A stretch of 64,000 nucleotides of DNA from Geosiphon pyriformis uo1 (Eukaryota; Fungi; Glomeromycota). Under the pieces are notes generated by a model. It did not search any database. It was not told where the DNA came from and worked only from the letters and a program-made list of their open reading frames with translations. Numbering within the stretch: position 1 is the stretch's first letter; every line of letters starts with the position of its first letter. The DNA lies in assembly GCA_016748015.1 (NCBI GenBank), contig JAAOMT010000227.1:245239-309238 (forward strand), given 5' to 3'. The position numbers were made by a program, and so were the translations under genes. This document shows positions 51,696-64,000 of this stretch, piece after piece.

Positions 51696-54600
51696 ATAAA
51701 ATGAGTATACACACATACTTTTAACAAATCTAATCCTAAAGCTATAGATTTTTTGACTTTTATTGTTACCAACAGAATTAAAATAACTTTACTTGTAATT
51801 CTGATCTGAGATTTTTAATCTTCATAAATGTCTTAAATTTATGATTAAGTATTAAGTAGACAATATTAAACAAGCTGCTAAATATTTGCTATAAAAGAAT
51901 AAAAGAAGTTATATCTAAACTTTTTGTTTTTGTTGCTGTTAACAAATTAGCAGCCAATAATAATTAAGGAATATTTATAAGTAAAAAGGCTTATGTCATA
52001 ACAAAGAGAAATATCAATGTGGTTGCAAATGTAATGGAAAACACTAAAGTAAATCTAATATAGAGAGTTCAAATTTGATTAGATTATTATTAAAGAATTA
52101 ATACTTATGTTTTGTTTCTATTATTATTATTGTTTTAGATGGTTTTTAAATTGCATCTAAATATGGATAAAAATAATTAAAAATACTACAGCCTAATAAA
52201 TAACAAATTAAAGATTAATGTTCATGTTTTTTTAATGAAGTATATTATTCTAAAAAAGTAAAATTTGTTGGAATGTATTTTAAAATATTATTTAATTGAG
52301 TTTTAATGTGAGTAAAGTTTGTCTAAACAGAAATATGTTCTTCTATCTTAAATGAAAATTTAACTCATAAATAATATTTTTCTTTTAAATCAATTTAAAC
52401 CAATAACAAAATTAAATACCAATTGTTTACTTATTTTTGTATTTGTTTTTAACAGATTTTTATTGTAATTTTTTATTTTTATAATAGAACTTCAAACTAG
52501 AAAATAGTTAATATATTAGATTTTGCTGTAATTTTCAAGTTTTTATTAGAAAAAATTGTTAAAGTAAAAGTTATTTTTGTCTTTATACTCAAAAAAAAAT
52601 ACCTTTAAATGTTCTAAAAAATAAAATAGTAACATGAAAAAAGGTTTTCTCAATTTTGTAATATGTACTTGGTTGTTCAGCTTGCTAGAATCAATTAAAA
52701 ATTGTTGGTAATCTTGTTAAATTAACAAAATCTAAGGAGCAATACAAAAAGTTCAGAAAATTTTAAATAGTTTAAAAAAAAAACATGATTAAAATTGGTT
52801 TAACAATTAAGTACCAGCTTTATTAAACAATTTAAAAAAAAAACTGCTAAAAAAATGATTTTTATTATGTTTTTAAATTGTTTTATTATGTGTAAATTTA
52901 TTTTATTAGCATATTTATTGCTCTTATTGATATACAAACTTTTGAATACTATTTTTATTATGACTTTTATAAATGCAAATAAATTAATTCTTTAGTATTA
53001 TAATTTTGAGCAAAATATAAATGTATTTGTTTAAATCATATTATTAATTAAAATTTGTAAGCAATTTTTTTGTGCTTGTTAATTTTGTAATTATTATTTA
53101 TTTATTTATATTTTTTAGCTTAATTAGTAAAAAAATAGTATTTTAAACATAATAAAATTATTATGCAAATTTTCTATATTTATTTAACATTTTGAAAAAA
53201 TATTTTATAAACTAAATATTTAAAATCTTAATTTTTATAAAATTTTACTTATTAAGACTATTTTTTAACAGTATTATATTTTTTTTAAATAAGTTTTGAA
53301 ATTAAGAATTTTTTTTATATAAATACATAAGCTTTAAAACATATTAAACATTTTTAAAATTAGTACTAAACATCTTCATAAAGCTTTTAATATTAAAATT
53401 TGTTTTTTTTTGTTTTTTATTTGCACAAGTTTTGTTGTTTATATAAGTCTAAAAAAGTTTTATTTTTCAGACTATAATAAAAACTGATTATTTAATTCGA
53501 GTTTTACTAATTTTTAATTTAAAAATAATAACTGATTATCTAGTAAAATAAGACTTTTAAAATCTGTTTATTCATAAATAACATTGATGAAAATACATTT
53601 TAGAATTAATAAAACTTACATTTAAAAATAAAATTCTATATGGTAATATTTAAGTATATTTTAAAATAAATAACATCATTATGAAAATGCTCAATGATAA
53701 AATTTATTAATTATATACATATACTATTAATTTTAAATCTATAAAATAGTAATTAAGTAAAAAAATTTTTTTAAAGACTATATTAAAATGATTAATAAGC
53801 AAAAATTTCAATAAATTTTTTAAATAAATATTAGCTAGCTTACTTACTTTGTTGTTATGTTTTTGGCAAATAAATTAAAAAATAATATGAAATTAAAGTT
53901 GTGTTTTTATTATTACATAAATATTGATAAAATTTAGTTTTAGAAAAAAAAATAACTTAATTTAACTAAATATTTCAATGAAAAATTTTTAGTAGATAGA
54001 TCAAGAATATTAAAACAAATTATAATATTATTCAAATATAAAAAAAATTTATTAAATATTTTTGGCTTTAGAATTTAATTTTTTCAATTTAAATTAATTT
54101 TTTGTTATTTTTATAAAAAAAATATAATTTAAGACAATAAAAATTAATTTTTAACATTTTTTTTAACTCTTTAACATTATTATTAAAATTATATTTCACA
54201 AAAATAATATTGATTATAGCTTTTTACAACCAGTTTTTTGAAATTTGGTGTTGTAAGTATGTTATACTTTTTTGGCTCCATTTTTGCAGTAGAATGAAAC
54301 ATAGCACAATTTGGTCTAAAATGCATTAAAGATAACAAAAAGTGTGTTAAAACTTGTAAGAAAAACCAAAAGCTGTTCAAATAATATTGACATATTAAGA
54401 TGACCAATTTTTATTATAATATATATATCATTATATAAAAATGTGATGAGATAAATATAATATGTTGCTCTATTAAGCTCTTATTAATATGATTTTTGAT
54501 AAAAAAAAAACTGATATTAAAAATTTTACCAATGACTTAAAATTTGAAAATATAAATCATGTTAAAAAAATCAATAGCATCTTTATTAAACACAGCTACT

Positions 54601-56912
54601 TGGACAAAATTAGTGCATAGATTATAGAGATTATTTATTTTTTCTTGCACTTTTATCTTACTATATTCTTTGCTTGAACTCTAAGAAAATTGATTAGTAA
54701 CATTAATAATGGCATCTAGTTGCTTGGCTTTCTGTTAACTTTTTATCTTTGAATTCTAGCACTTTTTCATTGAAATATTGCAAAAATACACTACAATCAG
54801 AATTCCCAAAAATTGGGCTAAAAATTGGATCTATGTAAATAGTATATAGTTTTATTTTTCTAATAGAAAATTTTAATATTATTGTTAATACTTTTGAATA
54901 CTAATTGAAATGTATTAATACTATTAAATAACTTTTTTTTTTCTATAATTTAGTCTACTTTTACATGTTTTCAATAGCCTGTATAATAGTGTACTCTCTA
55001 TAAGCACAATTAATTATAAGCATTTTTTTTCTTTGTAGGTACTATAATAAAAAAGATATATATTTAAATTTTCTCTTTTTATCACATTAAATAAGAGCAA
55101 AAAAAACAAAATATTTTGACAATAGGAATAATTTTTAAGAAAACTTTAATATCAAACTCTGTTTTGTACTTAGTAAGTTTTTGCATAATATTTTTGTATA
55201 TCATATTCAATAATTTAACACAAAATATTTTAATCATTAAAAAACAATGTTATTTGAACTTTAATAAAAGAATATATTATAAAGATCTATAATATAAAAT
55301 TAAAAAAGAGTTTGAAAATAGTAAAATAAAATAAATAAAAAAATAAAAGCATAAACAAATTTTAAAATAAAAAAATTGAAACATACAATATCTGTTGAAC
55401 ATGGCTTTCAAAAAAAAACCATTATTCTTTATTAATTTTAAGGATTTCTTCTTAAATATATGCTATTTTTAAAAAATATCTAAATTGTTTATGAACCATC
55501 TAAATTTTTTACAAGGCAAAAATCTTAATTACGACTTTACTATATTATTAATAATAATAAGACAATGAATTTGTATACTTGAAGTAACTAAATTAGAGTC
55601 TGCTTTATTATCAAAAATGTCTCCAATATTTCGAAGTAATGAATATAATAAAAATAGTGGTAAATAAGTAGAATATTTTCTTGTCAAAAAATTAAGTGTC
55701 TAAAAAACAGAGTAAATTTTAATATCATTTTTCCTTTACTATGTTTTAAAAACAACTCATTGTCATTTATTTGAAATTTTTTTTTCTCATCAACATTTGT
55801 TTTTAACTACAAACCAACAAACAATGATTAAAAAATTGGTTAAAAGAATCTGTTGTAATTTAAAATAAAAGGTTGAAAAAATTTATAATTGTACTTTTTT
55901 CTGTGCTAAAAAAGCTTGTTTTATTTTATTTTATTATATTAAAAATAGTACAAAAATTTAAACCATTTTACTGCTCTAATTTACTTATCTTATTAAAAAC
56001 ATTACATTTTTCAAGACTGAAAATTTTGGAATCAATTGCATCAAATTTGCAGCTTTGAATAATATAATCCCAAAAAGAATATAGTTGGCTATTTTCTAAA
56101 AACTATAATTATTGAAACATAATAATTAATATTTGTGCTAATTAATTTTTTTATCCATACAAAAAAACAAAACATAATAATCTTTTAGTTTGAATCTTTC
56201 TATTGTAACATCTCTTTAGCCTTGTAAAAAAAATACTTTTGTCAAGCATTATTAAGACTGGTTTATTTATCTAAAAAAAATGACAATATGATAATTTTAG
56301 TCTGGTTAAATCACAAAAAATGCCAATATAAACATTTTTCAAAAGAAATTTTCTTAAAATACTTGATAAAAACTGTCAAAAATAGAAATAAAAAGTTACT
56401 AGTTCAATTATTTCTCTTGCCAAATAAGGTTTTTTTCTTTAATACTTACTATTTTTACTAGAAAAGGTGTTAATAATTTTTTGTTATTAAGACTTTAAAA
56501 TTTATAATTTCAAGATATTGGGCAAAACATATGCTTAAAAAAAAACAAATTCAAAATAAAAACACAAAAAAAATACAGTTTAAAAAAAAACAAGCTTAAA
56601 AATAAATACACTCAAACATGTTTAAACATGTGAGATCTAAGATTATAAAATTTTGTGTAAAATCAAATATTTTGTTTTGAATATTTTATTAATATAAATA
56701 TTTATATAGTTATTTTATATGTTTACTTTAGATATTGTAAATTTCAACTGCTGTAAACTCTCTAAATATTATCAATAATACAATATACAATGTTATAAAA
56801 AATTTATTTATATTATATTGTTGTACTACCATAGAATAAACTCTAAAAACCCCTATAGAATCAAAATTTTATTTCAAATTAAAGCACAAATCTGAATAAA
56901 TGACTTATATAT

Positions 56913-57807
56913 TATTATAAATGATTATTTGAAGTCTGAAAACAAATAACAAATCTGTAACTTAGTGCTTAATAGCTAATATTATTAATTATATTTGAAG
57001 ATTTTCGTATTTAAAGGTGTTGGTTAAGTTCATTATATAATAAACAAAAATTCAATAGTTGTTTTAATAGTCTTCCAGAATCACAATTTTGTTAATTTTT
57101 TTCTTGGCTTAATGACTGGCAATCTTCTAGTAAGTAATTCTTAATTTCAAGTATCTACTCTTTTGCAAAAGTTTTTTATCAGACAATTCTTGATTTTAGT
57201 AACTCAGTGCTTTAATCTTTTAATCAATTAGTAATTCTACAATAAACAAAACAAAATAAAAAAAATAAAATAAAAAAATAAAAAAAATAATAGAAAAAGA
57301 AAATAAAACAAGTCAAGACAAAAAAGAATTAGTATTCTATCAATAGCTGTGATTAAGAGCTATTAGTTCAGTGTAATTAAGTATTAGCAACTATTAATAT
57401 GAATTTTTAATAGGAGAAAAATAAATTGTAAAGGTTTAATCAGTATTTTATTAATATTTGATGTTTTTACTTCAAGTCATAGAATACTATTATATAAAGA
57501 AATAGATAAGAATTTGGATTTTTAATTGGGAATTCTACTTTTTTTGCTTCTAATACTACTGCTATATATACATAAATTTTGTTATATAAAATTTCTTGAA
57601 TTTCTTAATTTTTTAGCCAAGAATCCTGGAATTTCTCAAAAGAAATCCTGAAATTCTGGAATTCTGCAATTTTTTATACTGAAATCTTGTAATTCTGAAA
57701 TCTTACAATTTCTTTGAGAAGAATCCTGGAATTCTACTTTTATTATGTTTTCTTCTGATTGGCTAATTTGTGTACTAATACATAATTCTTATATTATATA
57801 AGTAATA
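56913..57807 (-). repeat. 3' LTR of element F
   Basis: Homologous to D LTRs; eroded TG..CA termini. Confidence 0.8.
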
Positions 57808-60800
57808 TTATCTCCTCTTTTTAATATTGAACTTTGTTAAAATCTATTTTATCTTCTAATTTTTCTTCTTTAATTAACTCTTAAACTTTTTTTATAAGAA
57901 TTACTTAGGTTATTTTAATCTGTAATTCTTCAAATTAGGCATTGATTATTTTTTTTATTGATTGATTGTAATTGTGTTCATTACTGGATAAAGTAGTATG
58001 GCTGATCAATCTTGAAATTCTGCATATAGCTGATATATGGCTTGTGCTTGTATAGACAGATTGTTCTTTTTTACAAATTGTTTTAGTTATTGTAGTATTA
58101 TTATATTGAATAATTATTTTGTTTTATTAGTATATAAATTCTGAATATTGAGAGTCTGTTTCAAATAGTAATAGCAAAAGTTTTTTGGATATTGTTGTAA
58201 CCATTAATTCCAAGTTTCTTTGATTACTTTTTGGTATAGTACAGTTGTTTTTGATGTTTCTATTAATAACTTTACTTTTGCTATTATTTTGTTTATGATA
58301 TTTTCTAATTTTCTGTGTACTTTGCATTGGATTTTCTTTTGATTATCTTTGTATCAAATAGTTTATTAGTTAATAGTGATTTCCAGACTTGTTTGTTGAA
58401 TCAATTAAAATAGTTGTTGTACAAGTAAATAGATGTCATTGGTAATTTCCATCTTTTATTGTTGCTTTTGGTTATGTCTATCATCTCTTTATATACTATT
58501 CTGTTTAATCAATTTGATATTTTTGTATTAATGACTATGATTGGTTCAAGATCTTATGGAATTTCATCTGGTTGTACTAATATTTGTTGTACTCCTAGTT
58601 GTAGAATACTATTGGTAAATGCTAATGTGTAATAATAAAGTTTTAGTCAATCATTATGTACTGCTTTGGCTAAGATTTTGTTGTCCCATCTTAGCTTATA
58701 TGTTCCATTTCCCCAAATTTTTTCAATGTAGAATGATCTGTCCCATTTGGGATCAAATCTTCTACTCTATTGTTTTTCTGCTTTAATACAATATAGAAGT
58801 ATTTTGTCTCTAATCCTGAATTCAACTAGTTTATTTGGTAATTAGTTATCATGCCATTTTTTTTGTTTTGTTTGTGACTTTTAAATATTATCAGCTGCTT
58901 TTTGTCATTTGTTTTTTAGAGTTTCTATTAGTTTGTATGTTCTTCTTAGCAATATTTTTTGAAAATTAGCTTCATTTATTGGTTCAGTTAGATATGTTTT
59001 GACTTTTATTTCAACTGGTAATGTTGTTGTTCTATTATAAACAAGTTCAAATGATGTTGCTTGTATAGTATCTTGTTTTATTGTTTGATAAGTGAATAGT
59101 ATTAATGGTATGCAAATCTCATTTATCCTGGTTTTTTTGACTGATTTTGGCTATTATTTCACACAATATTCTGTTGAATTTTTCAACTAAACTATTTGTT
59201 TGTAGATGATATAATAAAGATAATAGTCTTTTGATTCCAAATTTTTGACTTAATTCTGTTAGTGTTCTGTTTACAAAGTGAGTTCCTTGATTAGATAACA
59301 ATTTTTTTGGACATTTATGTCGACAAATTAGATTTTAATGAATAAATTCTGCTATGGATTCTGCATCTGCTCTTTGAATTGCTTTTGCTTCTGGCTATTT
59401 AGTGAGATAATCAATGGCTACTGCAATATATTTATTTCCTCTGCTAGTTATTGTTAATAGTCCAACTAAGTTAATTCTAATTCTATCAAATAGTTGTTCC
59501 ACATTAATTGGTTTTAGTAGTTTACTGGGTCTTGTTTCTCCTCTTCTTTAACAAGCATTACAATTTTGAATATATTGGATGATATCTAAATATATTGATG
59601 GCCAGTAATATTTCTTTTTGGTTCTTTCCATGATTGTTTCTTTATGAAAATGTTCTGTTGTCAGATCTAAGTGCATATTATATAGTATTGTTTCTTTCTC
59701 TGGTTCTGTGATTACTCTGAGTAATTAATCTGGATTTTTTCTGTTTTTTTAATATAATATATTTTGGTGAATGATAAAATATTTTGATTGTTGTTTTATG
59801 TTGTTTTGTTTTTTTTGAGATAATTTTTTTTGAACTGCTGGATATTAATATAATATTAGAGTTGTTAATATTTTTGTGCATCTATCTTTTGTTATATTTT
59901 TGAGTTGAAATGTTCTTAAATTTGTTTTATTTGTGACAAACTGTTAGCATTTTTATTTTCTTTTCTCTTTTTATAATATACAGTATATTTAAATAATAAA
60001 AGTTCTATTTTCTATCTGGCATAATAATTATTTCCAAATTTTTGCTTCTGAATTGATGTCAATTTTTTGTAATCAGTGTATATTTCAAACTTTTGGCTTA
60101 AATACTCTTTCCATTTTATAACTGTCTAATAAATAGCTAAGTGTTTTAATACTAGTGTTTCATAATTTTTTTCTGCTGGACTCAAACTTTGGCTGGCATA
60201 TACTACTAGATGTTCTCATCTATCTGGTTTTTTCTGAAATAGTATGACTTCTAATGTTTAACCAAATATATTGGTAGTAATGCTAAATGGCTTGCTGTAA
60301 TCTAAATAGATCAATACTGGTGCTTGAATAAGTTTTTTTCTTAAAATATTAAAAGCTTTTTGTTGAGCCTCAGTTTATTTATATTTCATATTTTTAGTTT
60401 GGAGTTGGTGAAGTAGTTGAGTCAGTTTAGAAAAGTTTTGGATAAAATAGTAATAATATCCAGCAAATCCTAAGAATGCTTATAGTTCTGTCAAGTTTTT
60501 TGGTACTAGAAAGTTCTTTATTATCTCAATTTTATCTGGATCTGTTTTAATGCTATTTTTGTTTATAATATGTCTCAAGAATTTTAATTCTGTTTTGCCA
60601 AAGAAACACTTGTTTGCATTTAACTTTAATTCAGCTCTCTTTAATCTTTTAAACACTTACTAAAAATGGTGAAGATAGTCATTAAATGTTCTTGAAAATA
60701 TATTTGTATTGTCCAAGTATATGACTACTAATTTTCATAGTAATTTGATGTAAACAATTTCTATGAGTTGTTAAAAAATGGCTGGTATATTGGTTAAGCC

Positions 60801-63800
60801 AAATGGCATGATTTTAAACTTAAAATTTCTTTTCTTGATAATAAATGCTGTTTTTTCTTTGTCAGCTAGATTTATGGCTACTTGCCAGTAACCACTATTC
60901 AAATCCAGTGTCAAGAACTATTTTTTTTTTCAAAAGCATCAAATAATTCCTGAATCTGTGGAGTCAGATAACTGTCTCCATAAGTAATATTATTGAGCTT
61001 TCTGTAATCTACACAAAAGCAAATTTTCCCATTTTTTTTATAAACTAGTACTACTAATAATGACCATAGGTTTATTAATGGTTGAATTAACCTATTGTTC
61101 AATATCCAGTTGATTTTCTATTAAATAATTTCATGACTTGCTAATAGTACTCTGTATGTTTTTTGTTTAATTGGCATTGTATTTTTTGTCTTGATCTGGT
61201 GCTAAATGATATTGGTTTTGCCAAATTTATTTTCACTGGCAAAGATATCAGTAAAATTGTTAAGTAACATCTTGAACTGCATTCATTAAAGTGGGTCTAA
61301 GTTTCTCAAGTTTATTTGTTCTAATTGTTTTTGTTAGAGCAAATAGTATTCCTCTTATCTGTATATTGTTTGTGATGTGATATCTACATATCTACACAAT
61401 TGTGCAAAATCTAGAATGGTGCTTGGTGGTTGGTCTTTAACTTTAGTGCTTAAGTATTTAATAGTAGTTTTTTTTTGTATTTCAATAGAGTTTCCAGTTG
61501 TATTGTGAATAGGAATTTTAATGTGTTTATGGTTTTTAGCTGGTATGTAGAAATTGGTAATAACAATCTCTTCTGATTCATAAATAGTAACTTCTGCTTC
61601 AAAAATTTGGGGTTGATCTCTTACTTTTTTTTCTATAACTACTAAATACTAGTTATATGATAGAATAGAAATTGATTGATGAATGGAGATAATTTTTTTT
61701 TGTTAATAACTTTTTCCTCTGTTATGTTAACTGGTATATCTATTCTACTTGTGGATTCGAATCCATTTTTTCTTTTAACTGTAATCTCTAATTTTTTTCT
61801 TGTTCTTATTAATATTAACTGAGCTATTTTTATTAAAAATAAAAATATTGTCTCTGCTATCTTTTCATTTGGTTCAATAATATATGGTTTTTTTAAATTG
61901 TTTTGTAATATTGCAATGATATTTCTTATGTATTCTGCATCAATTATTCCTTCTCTAATGTTAATTTTTCTTTTTGCTAAACTAGATCTAGATGCTAATT
62001 AAACCATAGTTGTTGTTAGAATTTTTAGTACTACTTTTAAATCAATATATATGTGTAAATATGGTTCTAATTTAATAATATCTTTTCTTGGATATCTTAA
62101 ATCAAATCTTGCATCAGTATTATGTATTTATTCTGGCATAATATCTTTGTTGTTATCACTGAACTATTTTAGTTTCTGTTCTATTAACAAATCTGGGAAT
62201 GCAATATATTGTTTAGAGTTATAATCAAAGTTTGAATCATTTTTGTCATTGCCATAGTAAATGAAGTTGAAACCAATAATTGTTGTCATTATTGAAGTTT
62301 GAATCAGAGTTGAATTTTGATCCTGATTCTGCTGTACATTTGTTAATTAGTTTGTCTTTTTTGGAAATCAAATAAATCATTTATAATGGTAAATTGTAAA
62401 TGAAGTCACAATCATTACAATACTAAAAGTTACATGGTATTAAACAATAATCACATAATCAGGTGTTTAATTGTTCTAAATGCTGTTTTTGCTCCTTTTT
62501 AGTAGGTGCTAATTCTTAATAATATTTATAGAATTGTTTAGAATTTATTATGTCAAAGATAATATTGGGATTTGGGACCCAAATAATCTTTTTTGGTTCT
62601 GGTGAGTTGCTTTTGATTATTTTGATTTCTTTTTGTGTCACACCTTTGATTTTAGCAATAAACATTCTCCATATTTTGTCATTATTGTATGAACAATCAT
62701 CTAAATGTTTTATAGCTCTTCTTTAAATAATATTTATGGGTGTTTTTTTCCTTACCCAATCACTGATCAAAATTATGTATTGACATAATTTGTCACATGT
62801 TTTTTTATGACCAGAAATGTTGTTTTATATTTCTTTGTCTAGAAAAGTTTCCTTACATATAAGACATAATTTATTGTCTCATTTTTTTTGTCTTTTTGGT
62901 TGTTTAAAGCATTTAAGAATGCATGAGTGGCAGTAATATTTAGTAACTGTTGGTTATTTCTCATTATTATAACAGTATGCACTCATTGATGACAGTTTCT
63001 TGTTACAATTAACACATACTAGGTTTGGTCAACAATAGTTGGAGCAATTAGTGTTATTTGGAGTATAAGTGAAGGTTGTGGCTTGGGATTTGTTTTTTTC
63101 TCTTTTCTTTCTATGTAAATATTAATAGTAGATTGTTGTGATTAGTGTTAGCCCATGAGACTTGATAGGCTTCCTAGGTAGATTTCTTTTCTTTTTCTTC
63201 TAATTCTATTAGTAATGTTAATATGTTGGGTTTGAAATATTCACAGGTTGCCAATACTTATGTATGCTGGCCATTCTAACTAAGCTAGAGTTTTTATATA
63301 GTCCAATTAAGTATTGTATTGGTCTTGGATAGACAGTTGTTACCAACTAGTGCTTAGTATTAGGTGGTATTCATCACAAGAACTTTTATAGATACAATGA
63401 TACTATTGATTTCAAACAGAAAGTTGTCAATCTTACTAATAAAAGTTTTAGTTGCTCCATTAGCTGTAATAATTTTGGTGCTGGCAGTACAATCAATTCA
63501 GCAATTTAATTAGTCTATAAGTTGTCTGTTAACCTACTATTCAGGATTAGTTTAATGAATTGTCTATTGACTTTAGCATCAGTATACATTGCAGTAATAA
63601 GTTTAGTATTAAGAACAGCTTTACTAAATAAAAGTGTTGTTGTTGGCTCCTCAAGTTCAAAAAAAAATATTGCAGCTAGTAATTTGTTATTAGTAATGAT
63701 TGCTGATAGTATGTTGCTAATGAATAAGTTATGGTTGGTTTTCAAGTTTTTGAATGAGGCATTTTCTGAAATAACTAACTTACTTAAATAGTTCTGAGAA

Positions 63801-64000
63801 TTTAGGTTTTGGGTGTATTCTGTTTTCAAACTCTGCTGCTGCAATTCTGATAGTTGGCTTGCTAAGCTAAAAATCAGTTGATACATTACTATTGCTGATT
63901 GCTAGTTTTGTTGAATATGTATTATTTTTGGTCTTGAGTTCTTGATTGACACAGTAGTTTGAAGTGGTGTTTAAATTTGTTGAAACTGATAAATTATCTG
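56913..64000 (-). mobile_element. Ty3/Gypsy element F (D/E family), more eroded, runs off window end
   Basis: 3' LTR 56913-57807, PPT AAAAAGAGGAG, ORF3 57821-58452, IN to 59885, RT/RH 59916-61260, dUTPase ~61740-62130, PR ~63250-63650. Confidence 0.88.

Noticed and set aside
51400-56900. hAT or MULE transposase remnants
   Set aside because: Only faint motif-like fragments in extremely AT-rich DNA; cannot be supported without a profile search.

Overview
AT-rich eukaryotic DNA with short GT-AG introns. The repeat and gene style suggests an early-diverging, Glomeromycota-like fungus (inference). 1-35.8 kb is a nested cluster of decayed Ty3/Gypsy LTR retrotransposons. Elements A (-) and C (-, 5730-35762) flank a fragment B. 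D (-, 8496-30015) is inserted in C's RNase H, E (+, 12911-24601) is inserted in D, and a solo LTR (33129-33998) sits in C's gag. The D, E and solo-LTR insertions have 4-bp target duplications. The elements have an unusual layout: gag-PR-[Cys-rich]-[dUTPase]-RT-RH, a stop, a stand-alone integrase ORF, then a TATA-preceded ~210-aa ORF3 abutting the PPT (C lacks the dUTPase). A 1.64-kb duplication around a 20-N gap in E is an assembly artefact. 35.8-40.8 kb is an AT-eroded LINE. 41.4-46.4 kb is a CpG-retaining island: a multi-exon PD-(D/E)XK-like nuclease (pseudo)gene whose 5' half and an upstream 131-bp hairpin-repeat array are mirrored in a ~3.7-kb palindrome with a 9-nt loop. Next come gene remnants, a 35-bp minisatellite, eroded DNA and another D/E-family element, F (56913 to end). 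All comparisons were made by eye; no database searches were run.
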